Assembly (NCBI GenBank): GCA_013265495.1
Contig: MU058844.1
Coordinates: 12,174,184 to 12,238,183, forward strand
Reading direction: 5' to 3'
Origin: Vicugna vicugna
Taxonomy: Eukaryota
DNA: 64,000 nt
The position numbers were made by a program, and so were the translations under genes. Below the pieces are notes generated by a model, which saw only the letters and a list, made by a program, of their open reading frames with translations, was not told the DNA's origin and searched no databases. This document shows, one piece after another, positions 25,319 through 39,231 of the stretch; within the stretch, counting starts at the first letter, position 1; every line of letters starts with the position of its first letter.

Positions 25319-26305
25319 CAAATTCACTTTCGAGTCTAACCCAGAAAGCTGTGAGTCATAAGTCTATGAACACTGAATATACTCAAGCATGAAAGGAGAG
25401 AAGGAGCATGCCCAAGGTTTTGTCTCAACAACAGGCACACCCTGCAGTGTTCCTCTCTTACACAATGTTCACACAACCGAGTAAAGACGAGGGTCCTCCC
25501 ATTGCATTTTGGGTATTGAAGAACCAACATTGCCACTTTCCCAGCTCCTCAAGAATGTCATCTCGTAATAACAGATTATGAGACTTGGAGGGGAGCAAGC
25601 AAGCACTCTCATTTTACAGATAATAAATAAATTCTCACGGCTCTCTTCTAACATGCAAGGTTTCACACGCCTGTGTACAGTCTCATATTCCCCCAGTCTT
25701 CCTCTTTATCATGTCCTCATCTCCACCACATACAACTTTTTTCCAGCTGTCTTTTCTCCTCTAAAGTTATTTAAAACTTCAGAATAAATTAACTCTTTCC
25801 CGCAACCCGAACTACACCATAACCCTCTCCAAAGCCACCCACATAGTTCGCACACAATTTTAAAACTTTATTTCCATCCTCCAGCGGCGTGGATCAATGC
25901 AAAACTCATCCCTCTGTTCAGCATCCTCATTCACTCATGGACCACGAATATGGGAAAAGCTCATCAATGCCAATAACGACAAAATTAGTATAATTAGAAA
26001 AAATGGTTTACCCCATGGAGGAGACTCCAAGAAGCTACAAGATGGCAAGAAAGTGAGGCATTGCTATTTTAAAATTCTGGAAATGGATGTTGGTTGTCAC
26101 TCTACAGAAAAAGTGGTTGGCTGGGAGACGTGACTTATGAGGTGCAAGGAAGACTTGTGTGTCTAAAACTATCTCACCCATCTGCTGAAAATTCTTCATT
26201 CCTCTGTAGCACAACCCATGAGACTTAGAACCTTTAAGTCAGAAAGTTTTACTTTTAACAAAATGCCAATGCTAAGAGAAGCAACACAGTGACTCCTACA
26301 AATGA

Positions 26306-26518
26306 TAGTTGACCCTGGAACCACGCAGGGGTTAGGAGCAATGACCCTCCACACAGTCGAAAATCCACAGGTAACTTTACAGTTGGCCCTCCATGTCTGA
26401 GGTTCTGCATCCACGGATTCAACCAACCACATGTAGACCTGTAACACATTTTTTTGTCTTAATTCTGCATGTAAGTGGACCCACAGAGTTCAAACCAGTG
26501 TGGGTCAAGGATCAACCA
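26306..26518 (+). mobile_element. TcMar-Tigger non-autonomous element (Tigger1a-type)
   Basis: Inverted termini agttgaccctggaa / tcaaggatcaacc; internal 'gtcgaaaatcca' and 'gcatccacggattcaaccaacc'. Confidence 0.85.
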
Positions 26519-26966
26519 TTTTTCTAGTTTCAAAATAAATTAATCATCTGGCTCCTCTAACAATTAGCTGAGATCCAACTTCTATGAAACTCCTTATAAA
26601 GTGAGGACTGACAATAAAATGTTTTGCATTATTGAGGATAAACAAGGGACAAGTTTGAAATTTTGGAAAGGGAGCATTAGGAGACAAGAGAAAAGAAAGC
26701 AGAAAGCAAGAGAGATGCCACTTGCCTCAGAATGTGGTCGAAAACTTATCCTTCCCAAAAAAGAGCAGAAACGCTACTTTTACTTTCTGCAGATCATTGT
26801 GGCCCTTGAGATACTGGTAATCATTGAGCACTTTTGAAATAGCTCTAATTCCAAACCTCTGCACGCACATAAAGCACTTTAGCAATTCCTTCAACCTCAG
26901 CAAACGGGTGTTCTCAGAGGGTAAAGGAGCAAGCTGACAGAATGAATGCAGGAAACAAACCTATAC

Positions 26967-27188
26967 CAGGAGCTCTCAATTAGGGGCGATTTTGTCCCCC
27001 TAGAGACATCAGAGAAACCTGGAGACATTTTTAGGAGTCACAACCAGGAGGGGAGGAATGCTCTGGCATCTAGTGGATGGGGCCAGGAATGCTGCCAAAC
27101 ACAGCATCCTACAATACACAGGACAGCTATCCACAGTAAAGAACTATTCAGCCTACAACGCCAATGGTGCTGAGACTGAGAAAGTCTG
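26967..27188. mobile_element. MER20 hAT-Charlie element
   Basis: 'ctctcaattaggggcgattttgtcccc...ggagacattttt...ctggcatctagtgg...gtgctgagactgagaaa'; right flank gtctagac is a hAT target-type sequence. Confidence 0.9.
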
Positions 27189-27343
27189 GTCTAGACTTCT
27201 GCAGAATATGAAAAGTGACTGCAGGACCAGTCACACAGGGTCTTTCATGGGGTCTGAAAAGGTCCTCCAGAGAAGATCACTTTGTTTATCTGCACAGCCC
27301 AGAAGACCAATGTTTTCTCCAAAACTTGGTTAAGACAAATGTT

Positions 27344-27834
27344 ATGGAATACTACTCAGCCATAAAAAATAAAATAAAATAATGCCATTTGCAATAACAT
27401 GGATAGACCTGGAGATTGTCATTCTAAGTGAAGTAAGCCAGAAAGAGAAAGAAAAACACCGTATGACATCCCTTATATGTGGAATCTTAAAAAAAAAAAG
27501 ATAAATGAACTTATTTACAAAACAGAAACAGATTCACAGACATAAAAAGCAAACTTATGGGTACCAGGGGTAAGGGGGTGGGAAGGGATAAGTAAATTCG
27601 GAGTTTGAGATTTGCAGATACTAACTACAATACATAAAATAGATAAACAACAAGTTCATACTGTAGAGCACAGGGAACTATATTCAATATCTTGTAGTAA
27701 CTTATGGTAAAAAAGAATATGAAAACAAATATATGTATATTCATGTATGACTGAAGCATTATGCTGTACACCTGAAATTGACACACTGTAAACTGACTAT
27801 ACTTCAATAAACAAATATATATATATACACGAAT
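27344..27834 (+). mobile_element. LINE-1 3' end with 10-bp TSD
   Basis: 'atggaatactactcagccataaaaa...ctgactatacttcaataaa'; TSD gacaaatgtt at 27334-27343 and 27835-27844. Confidence 0.92.
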
Positions 27835-28099
27835 GACAAATGTTGATCCTAGTGTGAAAGGTTCTAGTTGATATCCAAGGCTGCTCCCCTAACTGACCAA
27901 AGATCATGAGCACAAGTCAGGGCACTGGCACCCAATATGCAACGCAATTTGATAAAGATGAAGAGTTGTGGGTCGGGGAGGTACCAAAATCTTAAGAACT
28001 GCAACCATATGGAGAGATGAAACAAAAGCAGACACGAGAACCTTGGGGTTTTCAGCCCATCCCATGAAAAGCACGGAAGCTCAAATGAACCCCGACAAC

Positions 28100-28320
28100 A
28101 ATAATGAGGATAGTAGCCACTAGCGTTGATTCAAAACACCCTGTGTGCCAAAGACAAGCTAAATTCTTACAGGCACAATCCTATGTGGTTATTACAGACT
28201 ACCCATTTTTCAGTTAACAAAACTTAGGCTCAGAGAGGTAAGGTAACGATTAAAAAGAGCCAAATTGAGGAATCCAACCTACATGTGTGTGACTCGAGAG
28301 CCTACCTTTAACTGCTCTGT
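28100..28320 (-). mobile_element. MIR SINE
   Basis: 'cccatttttcagttaacaaaacttaggctcagagaggtaaggtaac'. Confidence 0.7.
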
Positions 28321-28979
28321 CACATCAACTTCCTAATGAACCAGCGTATGGATCCCAGAGCAAGAGAAGAGCAAACATTCCTTTGTGTAGTCCTCAATTA
28401 TCTGAGCATCTCCTAAGCTCAGAACACAGCAGTGAAGGGGACAGACAGGTGCCCTCATCTCTGACAACTAACAAACCAGAGGGGGACAGAAAATATCCAG
28501 AATGAGACTCTCAGGGTTACCTGGAGTCTTTGATGATAAAGCTCACAAAGACGAAGCAGAAACAAAAGCTTTCTATTTGTTCAAGAAATTCTGACTCCCT
28601 TAGTAACTAGGCCTGGCACAGAGCAGAGATTAACCATGTGCCGAGTCCTCTCCTCTCCCAAAAGCCAAAATTAAGCCTCGCTCCCCTTTCCAGATAGAAG
28701 GAGCTCTCTTTCTCCCCTAAAGACCATTTGATGGCAAATTCCAAAAATTCTTTATAAAAACTTGCCACTTTCTACCCATCCAACTCTAGAAAAAAACAGC
28801 TTAGGGCCTTCTTGGCAAGAGTATGACGTCCTCAGATCCCAGACTGCCAGCCACACAGAAAATGATGAAAGGCATCAAAATACTACAAAATAACAAAGAA
28901 AAGAAGCCGCAGAAGCAGTTGTCTGATGAAACAGCTGCTGCCTGCGCATCGAACAGTCTCATACATTATGAAGAACATG

Positions 28980-29200
28980 AGAGAGCAAGGCAAACCCCCT
29001 GGATTAGGACTCAAAAGGCTGTATTTCAAATCACGGCTTTATCTCTTACTGGTCGTGACCCTGGGCCAGTAAATTAACCCTCCCAAAATACCATTTCCTT
29101 ACACCTATTAAATGGGAAAAACAGCTGCCCTGCCTACCTGACAGAGATGCCATAAATAATAATCCACGTGGAAAGGCACTGTCAACTGTCAAGGTTATCC
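28980..29200 (+). mobile_element. MIR SINE
   Basis: 'cttactggtcgtgaccctgggccagtaaattaaccctc...tttccttacacctattaaatgggaa'. Confidence 0.7.
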
Positions 29201-29375
29201 GCCATGCAAGGTAGCCAATTTCATCCATCTCTAGTTGTTAGAGGCGAAACACGCGGTTAAAAACAGAGGTGCTTAGTAGGAAACACACCACAGCACCCCC
29301 ATCCGAGTGCCCCCATCACCGAGCGCCACGAGCAGCCGCGCGCGCCTGCAGGGGCAGGATCTGACTGCGGCGATC

Positions 29376-29394
29376 TCTCCACAAGGTGGCGCTA
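29376..29394 (+). promoter_or_regulatory. CTCF-binding motif in a CpG-rich patch
   Basis: tctCCACAAGGTGGCGCTA closely matches the CTCF core CCASYAGRKGGCRS; about 12 CpGs in 29300-29405. Confidence 0.7.
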
Positions 29395-29919
29395 GAGTGT
29401 CCTCGTTTTCAGTTTCCATCTTCAGTGTTTTGCTTATAGACAAGGAACCAAATAGTTGATTTATTTATCCTCGTGCACTCTCTCATGTTTCCCATCTGAG
29501 CACATTTCTCATAGTTACATGGCACACATGTCCCACCCCCACCCCAGTACGTACACTGAGGCTCTGATACGTGGAAGGACTCAATAAACTGCACCAGGGA
29601 AAGAGTTGTTTCTCCCGTCCGCATCCATGCTGCTACCACAAGTCAAGTTTATCTAACAACAGCAAAAAGACTAAACAAAAATGTGGGTAGAAAATGTAGC
29701 TGACATCTATTCAAGTAGTATTGAAATATTCTGAACGAATGCCATACCTATCACGTGATGAATGATACATTTATGTAGCTAAGGGCAGAGACTTAGTTGC
29801 TAGTATATCTGATTTGAAAAGTATCCATATAGCATGGTCCTTCCCAGTGAGGTGTGCTTTCTTCCCACTGAGAGTTCAACATGCCTATACCGGTGTCTGG
29901 AAGAAACGACTTCAATTAT

Positions 29920-30180
29920 GCAGCAACTGTTAAAAGTGCGGGCTCCATCAAACGAACCAGGTTCTTACGCACATTAGACCATGTGACCTTGAACAAGTAT
30001 CTGTGTGACCCTGGACAAGTCACTTAAGTTTCTCACTGTCAATTGCTTTACGTGTACAGTGAAGATAATAATAGCACCCATTTCCCACGGCCATCATGAG
30101 GATGAAAGGAGATAACCCAGGTAAACTACGTATGTAACACTGACATTACACTACACATGCAGGAAATGCCAGCAGCTACT
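29920..30180 (+). mobile_element. MIR SINE
   Basis: 'ctgtgtgaccctggacaagtcacttaa...gtgaagataataatagcaccca...tgaggatgaaaggagataa'. Confidence 0.75.
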
Positions 30181-31549
30181 TAATATGACTGAATGACCAT
30201 CAGCTGAGTGATATGTAAGTTCCTACTTTTTCCAAATAGGTAGATGATCTAAAAGAACTCATAATCCCCACCACCACCCAAGTCCACTTTAATCTCTAAG
30301 CACAGATTCAAACTGTGAGCACCTGAGGGTAAATTTCCAAAAAGCATGGCATCTGAACACACCAGCAGCAATGTATTAGGTGTAAAAGTGACCAGTCCAT
30401 AGAAACAAAACCTCAGCCAGGCAGGCTCTCAGGTTAAGCAGGATCTGGGGAGACGGTGCTGCCAGGACTGAGTTCCTAGCAGCCTTCATATTAATGCAGA
30501 AAAGGCCTAACAGGTGAGGATGGAAGACCAAGGAAAGGCTGGGCCACTGACAACAAAGCGGGCCACTCTCAGGAGCAACAAGGGTCAGACACAGACAATA
30601 GGACCCACGGGGGAAATTCCCAAGGGGGTGCATGGGGGATATTGAAGAGACAAGAAAACCAATAAGGTCATGAAAGAGCAAATGGACTTGACAGAAGTTT
30701 AAAGAAATCAAAATGACCTTATTTAACAGCAAAGTATTAAAAAGATGCTGGAGACAGACAGAAGATGGAAGCCTCAGGCTGGAACCCCAGCCCACATTTC
30801 CTGTCCATCCAGACGTCCTTTGTTACCTTCTCATAGCAAAAGCTAGTCAGTTCTGCTACAGCTCTTGCTTTGCAAACACGAATTTGTTCCCACATGATTG
30901 ACTCTATCAGGAAACCATTTAAGCATAAGCAAACCTCAAGTCTGTTTATGTGCAATGTCATCTCTAGGAAAGACTAGTGCACCAAGAGGCCAGCACCCAG
31001 CTGAACCGAGCCAGGTAGGCAAAAAAAAAAAAAGAAACATGCACCCCACACACTCCAACAATCTACCAGCTCTATTAGCTCCTGTTTTAGGAGCCACACC
31101 ATCCACATCTGGTGTTCATAATTTTCACTCCTATTTCAGATAACCTTCCTGGCCTCCCCTCCCCAGTAATTCACAAGCTACAACTCTTTCGACACCAACT
31201 TCCACCAGGTAAACGTTAGATTCTTTTCAAGGAAATGTGCCATATTTGTTGTAGCATTTCTGTATTTCTTAACCTTTTAACATATGTAAAGCTGTGCTAT
31301 CATGTCTATTAGGTTTCTATCTTTTTTTTTTTAAGTCACTTATGAAGCCTTTGAATGCTTTGCCCTGACCCTGGTTTTTCCATAAGCCCTGTAGATTTTC
31401 GTTGTGCATTTTGCAATAGCGATTTTGAGTAATGCCTGCTTACATTATTGCAGACCCGACTGTATTCGGTGTGACCACTACACTCTGATGTCTTACACAA
31501 CTGTGTAAGACTGTTCCCATTGGCAAGATTCCCACCACGCATCTGAGGC

Positions 31550-31832
31550 ACATGCTCACTCTTTTCTAGTTAAATCCTACTTTCCCTTAAGATTTAGCTC
31601 ATCCAGAGAGCTTTCCACGGCTGGCCAGCCTGCCTACTGATGGATGTGCTCTTTCTCTGAGTTCCTAACAGTGCTTTCTATGAACGGTTCTATCACTACC
31701 CTTACCGTGAGGTACAAAAACTGCACCTTTACAGGTATCTCCACCACTGTCTTCAAGCTCAAAGGCATGTACCCAACTTATGTATTTGGGCATCTTCCAC
31801 AAGGCATAGCAATAAATGTTTGTGGAGGTAAA
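31550..31832 (+). mobile_element. L2 LINE 3' fragment
   Basis: 'taaatcctactttcccttaagatttagctc...aataaatgtttgtggag'. Confidence 0.55.
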
Positions 31833-33264
31833 CAGGACACAACAAAGAACTGTCAAGTTAACAACCCATCTGATACCTCACAGCTCAGCCACAGTATCTA
31901 TACAGAATCTTAGGAAGGAAAACAAAACCTCAAGGAAACAAGGATCGTTCTTATTAGCAAGCTGAGCATGTTCAAAGCTGCCAGATCAATTAAAAAAAAA
32001 AGGTGTAAAATTAACGGGACTCAAGAGGAAAAGTCCACAGCAAAGGAGACACCAAAGAATATTATATGTCTATCTAGAGGGAAAGTATCTGAAAACATTG
32101 GGAAAATATGTTTACAAGTAGATTGTGAGTTTCATATATGGAGAAAGAAAGACTGCCCTGCAACTGCAAGGTGACCTTTTGCCAAAGCTTTTGTAACTGC
32201 TACATAATGTTTTCCCCTTACTAAGCTTCCTTTTTATCTTGTAAGCAAGACTTTCCATATATGTTGCGGGAAGGGCATTTCAGGGAAGACTTACTTTGAC
32301 ATGGGCTATGTTTAAGCCAACCAAAGGGTGTATTTCCTGGTCTTCCCTGAATGGAGACTGAAATGAGACATCATAATTTCCTTTTAGTTAGGGCAATGTA
32401 TATAATGAGACAGATTAATGTTAAAAGCTTTATCATAGGTTTGGAATCCACATATATAGCAAAGCACTCAGAAAAGAACGTAACCTAGTGACTTCGAAGA
32501 ACTTTTGTAGAGATGAGAATTAATGTCCGGTTTTACCAGATGAAGATCACCCCTTATATTGCTTTTAAAAGCTGCACACTGCATGCAACGCAACAATTGT
32601 CCTTGAACCTGAGAGTCACTCCCTGCTTGAATGTGAACAGGGATAAGACGATGACAATGCAGAAGCTGAATTAAATGCACTTCAAGCCTTTCATTATATT
32701 AGCAAATGAAAGAAAAAATTTCCTCCAATTGGTAAGAAATGAAACAGGGAAGAGCAGAAGGTCAAAGAGCATCACAAAGCAGTGTTATTAACAAGGGGAG
32801 ACCCTCCTTTCACAAAACGTAGTGAGTTCAAGCCTAAAGAAAAAAACACCCCAGAAAAACACCGAAGTACATAAATCATATGGAAAAGAGAGCAAATAAA
32901 TCCAGACTGTGATACAAGCTTTACTTATAAAGCCTGTTGAAGATGAGATGATCTCAGAAAGGCTTCCACAGGCTACCACTGGACTAGGAAACCTCAAGGG
33001 TGATTTAAATTAATTTACGTGATTACTAATTGTGATAAAGGAATGAGTATGTCAGAGGGGACCAAAATGCCCCCTTGGAGATGAAGCAAGGTGAAAAATT
33101 CAATGACAGAGTGAATATAGAAATTGCTACCAAAACCAGATTTCTGTAAAGTTACAGATACCCCACCAAGCAATCTTCAGTGGCTGTGCAGATCTTTGTC
33201 AAAACCCCAATCAATTCCTACTTCTGTTATTCTCTGATGCCACAGTGGTGCTCATTCTGAATGA

Positions 33265-33488
33265 CTTCTAATAGCACCTGAGTACTTTTCCCACGCCAGA
33301 TACTGTTTTAAGTACTTTATGTATATAAACTTATTTAACTCTTCCAGAAAGTGATTATTACTGTTCCCATTTTACACACAAGGAAACCGAGGCACAGACT
33401 GGGGAAGCGACTTAGCAAGGATACACATGGCCAGAATCTGAACCCCAATAATCTTGACCTAAAGTCTACACCACCACTGACTACACCA
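33265..33488 (-). mobile_element. MIR SINE
   Basis: 'attattactgttcccattttacacacaaggaaaccgaggcacaga...gaagcgacttagcaagg'. Confidence 0.8.
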
Positions 33489-34299
33489 AACAATCAACAT
33501 ATTCTGTTTAAATGGATCCCCCTCGAAAACAAATTATACTAGTAGAAGAACCTATTGGAGAAGTGATAAACAAGACCAACAGACTCTTTCATCTGGTCTT
33601 TTGATGGGAATTCCTACTGCACGTGCATGGCTCAGGGGGATACTGTGTAGCCGACATGACACTGTAGTCACTCAGCTATAAGCCTAGGACTGGAGCCAAG
33701 AGACTCACCCCAATTTGCTGGAGTGCTCCAGAGTGTCACTCACCCAGCTGGGCAGAGAAAACATACACAGCTCCTAGGACCCGCTCCAAAACGGAAAACA
33801 GCAGGTTTTAAATTATCGTTTGCCCAGAGACAACACTTCTTCCCCTATTCCCAACTGCCGACCAACGTTCCCTCTTTGAGCCCTGAGTAATTTAAACTAC
33901 AATTTGTCAAGAGCCCAAGAGTTAGCTGGGCCACACACCACCTCACCTTCACCACCTGCCTCCTACCACACCCCTCTGGCAACTGCTCGTGGCAAACACG
34001 GACGGCAGTGCTGTTGTTCCCAGCTGGCCTAAGGATACAGAAAGGGTGGGGGAAGAAAGCGAGGTGCCCTGAATAAATACGCCTTATGGATTTCATCACA
34101 GATTCCAAGAAGAGTTCTTTGGATGCTTCATGGTGTTGAAGATGTAACGCCAGAAAGAGAAAGGACAGATTGTCAGAGGAGCAAGGTATAGCGTCATAAG
34201 GACGTACTTGGAAACTCAGTGGTAAGAGCCAAATACCCATATCCAAAAGCACAGAAGGGTTTTTTATATCCCAAATTATAACTCGATAATATCAACAGT

Positions 34300-34570
34300 T
34301 TAAATTCTCACCGTCTCCAAGGAATGATTCCTGATCCACCAAGGTCACTATGGGTGCCCTCCAAGAACCCCTCCCTCACTCTTCTCCTGGTACATTTCAC
34401 AGTACACACTGATCTCCAAGTGCCTGCTGACTCGGTCACATCACCATCGGCCCACTCCCCACATGAGCTCCATCAGAGCAGACAGAGTGTCGTCACCACG
34501 TATACTCTATGCCTGTACTGCAGCTGGCTTGTCATAGTCACCCAATCTTTTTTTTTTTTTTGAATGAACG
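34300..34570 (+). mobile_element. L2 LINE 3' fragment
   Basis: 'atgagctccatcagagcagacagagtgt' and a terminal 'ttgaatgaa'. Confidence 0.5.
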
Positions 34571-35610
34571 CGTAATACAGGGCAAACCAACTGGCAGATT
34601 CTAAACCCAAACTCATCTTGAGGTCCAAAGACAGCATGAGCTGGAGTCCTAAAGAATTCAGGATCATCTAAAGGCACTTCAAAGCTAGCACCAATATTTT
34701 TTAAAATGGAAGAAGTGAAGGGGGGGACGTTTGCCCCATGGTGGTGCTTCTGGAAGGAGGTGAAAGAATGCTAATAGCGAAAAATGGAAAACACTGTCAG
34801 AAAAAAAGGTGAGAAGAGATGACAACAATTGTGACATAACTTTCAGTCCACATTAATGGGTTAAGAGCCAAAGAGAACACATGTAGCTGATAATCAGGTG
34901 AGATTTTGCCTCCTGTTATTTCTGCTTTACATTTTGCTTTATTTGGTTACATTTTACTTCATGGCTTGTTTGCGTTAAACTGAGTACCTATTTGGAAATC
35001 ATTAAAATCTGAATTTAACTGAGTTTGGGTATGTCTTAGAGAATTAGGGGGAGAGCAAAAAGCCTAGGCAGTATTTTTACAGATGAACAACTGTATTGCC
35101 TCAAATGCCCTTCCTCAAATCACCACTTATGCATTTTATCATTTTTAATCTGTTTTTACTTTGCAAGAGTGAAGCCAAATGGTTCTCAGAGTTCTTTCGC
35201 TGACCAATTGTAAAATAACTTCAGTCATACATATTGAAGTTTTTACAGGCACAAAATGTAGAACTTCAAAAGATAGGGGGAAAAAAGTCAAGGGAAAAAC
35301 AAAAAACAAAAAAGCATTTACTCCATGGCACACAACATCAGTTAACATAAAATACACAAAGACCTGTTTTCCGCTGTCATATTCCAGAGCCTGGAATAAC
35401 TGTTCAAGTCACATGAATCTCTATTCATTTTAACCCTATAAATTAAGAACTACTGTTCATAGTGGAGCAGTGCTAAAACAGCTCTTTGTACACCACTGGC
35501 CACCGTCACCAGGAACAGAGATTCACACATGGGAAACAATAATAAAAGAATAAACTAAATGTTCCTCTAAGTCATTAAAAATGAGCAGAAGCAAGTACAT
35601 CTCAGAGGTA

Positions 35611-36250
35611 TTCATTCATTCCTTCATATATGCATTCATTCAATCAACCAATGTTTCTTAAAGTGCTAGCTTGCATCAGGCACTGTATTAGATTCTGAGG
35701 ATATAAAACAAGACACTGTACATGTTACTGTGGGGAGTGGAGTGGAACCAAGTTTTATTCAGGAAGGAATACCCTGATGGAAGAAGTGGTACCTCAACTA
35801 AATCCTAAAAGGCACAGGAACCAGCAAATACGTGTGTCTGCTTCTGTTTGTGTGGGATGGGAGCTCTGTGGCCGGGGTAAAGGAAGGGAGGATGTGGAAA
35901 GAAAGGGCATCAATAAAGGTATGAAGGTATGAAAGAGCAGGTTGTCAACAAACAGTGGAGTGTGACAAAAACTGAATGTGTGAGGCAAGAGTGCTAAGAA
36001 ACGGAGCATCACACGTGGACAGGGCTGGTGGTGAGGGGTCTTTCCTGTCAGGTTAAGAAACCTTAACTTTTTCCCATAGGCAATAGATGGCGAGTAAGAG
36101 GGTCTAAACAGCAGAATGAGGTGGTCAGAGTTGTGACTCTCAAGTGGTTCGGCTCCAACAGAACAACTGTGGTGCAAGTCAGACCTGGTGCAGCAGCTCA
36201 ACGTGCAACAGAGCTTTTCAGGTACAGCAAGACAGTGTTCAGAGTGTGAG
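35611..36250 (-). mobile_element. L2 LINE fragment
   Basis: (ttca)n L2 tail, 'caggcactgtattagattctgaggatata', 'ttaagaaaccttaactttttcccataggcaatag'. Confidence 0.7.
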
Positions 36251-36424
36251 TCCTCTGAGTAGTGAGAAGGTCCCGATTAGGTCCATGGGTTCAGGGGAAT
36301 GGACAGAGACCTGATGAAGATAAGGGTTCCTACAAGATGTGTGGAGCAACCTCCACCGCCAGGGATTAGGCACTCTGAGACATTGCCAGTGGGACGGCAC
36401 GTTGGTAAGACGATGATATTATAC

Positions 36425-36900
36425 ATTTTTAAATTATGCACCAGATCCCTTAAAGACATTCATACCCTCTGACTTAGTAACTGTGTATCTGGAAAGATAG
36501 CCTGAAGAATAATCTAAAATTAGGGAAGTGTCTACATGCGAAGATGATAATCACAGCAGTTTTACGGCAGCAAATATTTGAAGGAAGTGTCCAACAACAG
36601 GGAAATAATTGAATAAACTACAATAGATTTATTCAGTGAACTCATAGTTGTGAGTAAAATTTTAACACTAAACAGGCATCCTTTGTAAGTAAAAAAAAGC
36701 AAGATATAAAATTGTATATAATATGATGACCTTTACAAACACAGCCACCTGCACATTAAAATGTGAGAATTGATATACATAAAAATAGAGTACTTAACGT
36801 TAAGTTGTAAGACTACAGGTAGTTTTTTCTTCATTACAATTGTGTATTTTCCAGATTTCCTATGATGTGTATTTTATTATTGGCCATTAAGATAATATTT
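36425..36900 (+). mobile_element. Ancient L1ME/L1MC-like 3' end
   Basis: 'cataccctctgacttagtaa', 'gtgtccaacaacagggaaataattgaataaacta', 'tattttccagatttcctatgatg'. Confidence 0.65.
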
Positions 36901-39231
36901 AACTCTAAAAGTATTTTTCTTTTTGTTTCCTGGTACCAGCCAAGATGGTATAAGCCCCCGTCTCTCTTCCCACCATCAATTATAACTGAAAACTCTGGAT
37001 AAAACACAAAATGCAACCACTTGAAAACTCCAAGAAATCAACAAGGGCAGAAGACTTAGGGAGGGGAGTCCAAACTTAAAGAACCTCTGACGTGGTGGTT
37101 TCTAGATTTATTCCCCTTCTTTATATGCCTGCTTTGACCCAGAACGGGGACTGAACTACACAGTGGGTACGGATGGCCAAAACCCCTTTTTCTCTCCAGA
37201 GGACTTGTGGAAAGGATCCCTGCAAAAAGGAGGATACGGAGGGAATCCTGCCCTTTTTCCCTTCACCAGTCCTGCCCAGACACCAGCTACAGTTACGGCA
37301 TTGTGCTTCTGCCACAGCTATGACTCAGGCATTAAGATCTGGAGAGAAAACCCATCTCTTGATTCAAAGGAACTGGGCAAACGAACCCAAGTGGTCTGAA
37401 GAATGTGAGGGTATCAGCATTTCTCTGTCTTCCCCCAAATCTCCCACCCCACCCCCATCGCTCTCTCCCTAGGGCAGCCCAGATGGGCAGAACTGAACAA
37501 CAGCACAGGGTGCTAAATTGAAACACTAGCTTTTCTTACCAGAGAAGTAGGAAAACAGATCCCTATGAGTCAGAAAGTATTGGGGTAAATCCAATGAGGA
37601 ATGAGCTGGAGAAAGGGATCCTCTAATGCTGTGTATAAACCAACACAAGTCCCAGTCCATCCTGACTGCGCACTTCGTGACACAGACACAAAGAAACCCA
37701 ACAAGGCTTTGAGAATTAAGCTATGATCCAAACCACCGCCCAAGTCTGAAATGAAACCCAGAGTGAGCAATGCTTGAAGTGGACCCAAAGCAGCAGAACA
37801 AAGAGTTGGAAAACAGAACTGACATCGGGGAAAAATCACCTAATTAAGCGGTACGAACCTAAATAGGTTGATTGCCCGCTAAAACAAAGAAACAAAAAGA
37901 AAACAGTATTCTCAAGGGGACTTTAACAAGACTCAGAGCTTCATAAAAATAATATTCAAAAAGTCCAGGATATAATCCAAACTCATTCAATACACAAAAC
38001 ACCAGGAAATTCTAGCCAATTCACAAGGAAAACAACAAATAATAGGGGCCAGCCCAAGATGACCCTGATCTCAAAATAAAGATTAACTAAAAAGCAATTA
38101 TAACTGTAGCAAAGATGAACATACTCTTTAAATGAACTGAAAGAGAAATGTCTCCACAGAAATCAAGAAACCATAAAAAAGGGCAAGTTTACTAGTTTTG
38201 CTTTTCCCTATTTTGACCCAAGCACAAAAAAATTAAAAACATTCAAAGCACACACATCAAAGACACTTTGAAATTTTAAACTTTGAAATTTAAAAATTCA
38301 GTGAATTTTCTCAATAGCAAAATAGAGATAAAAAAGGAACTGTCAGTGAATTTGAAGACAGATCAAAAGAAATTAACCAGTCTGAAGAAAAGACAACTTT
38401 TTTTTTAATTAACAGAATCTCAAGGACATGTAAAACAAAAAAAGGTAAACATTTGCATCACTGGATTCCTGGAAGGAGAGAAGAATAGAAGAATGATAAT
38501 GGTAAAAAAAAAAGTATATGAAATAATGGCTGACAGAATCCTAAATTTGTTTAAACATTAACTTACAGACGCAGTAAGCAAAGCGAACCTCAGATAAGAT
38601 AAACTCAAAACCATATCCAGACTCATTATAATCAAATGGCTGAAAGCAGCCATAGCAAAAAGGAACATTAAATATAGGGAAGGATCCAAATGACTACAGA
38701 TTTATCATGAGAAACCATGGAAGACAAAAAAACAATGGAACAACATTGCTAACGTAATAAAGAACTATCAACCCAGGATTAGAGATTCAGTGAAGACAGA
38801 CTTTAAGACTGAAATAACGATTAAGACTTTCTCAGTTAAAGGAAAGCAAATGAAATTTGTCACCAGCAGATTGACAATAAAATAAATTCTTAAGGAAGTT
38901 CTTCATATTGAAGGGAAGTATCAGGAATGAAGGAAGAGCAAGAGAAATAATAAAAAGTAGGCAAAAAATGACTTTCTCAAGAGGTTTAAAAATATGTATG
39001 ACACCTGAAAGCACTGTTTGGGTAGGGAGGGGAAAGAGGTATATGGTAGACTGCAAAAGTCAGCTGTGCACCCTGTAATTTAAAAAACCCTACAAATAAA
39101 ATAAAGAGATATAGCCAAGAAATACAGCCAAAAAGGCAATTGATAAAACATTTGTCTTTCAAATAATACAAAAGAAGTCAAGAAGGGGTACCAGAGAAGA
39201 GACAAAATGGAAGATAAAAACAGAAAATACA

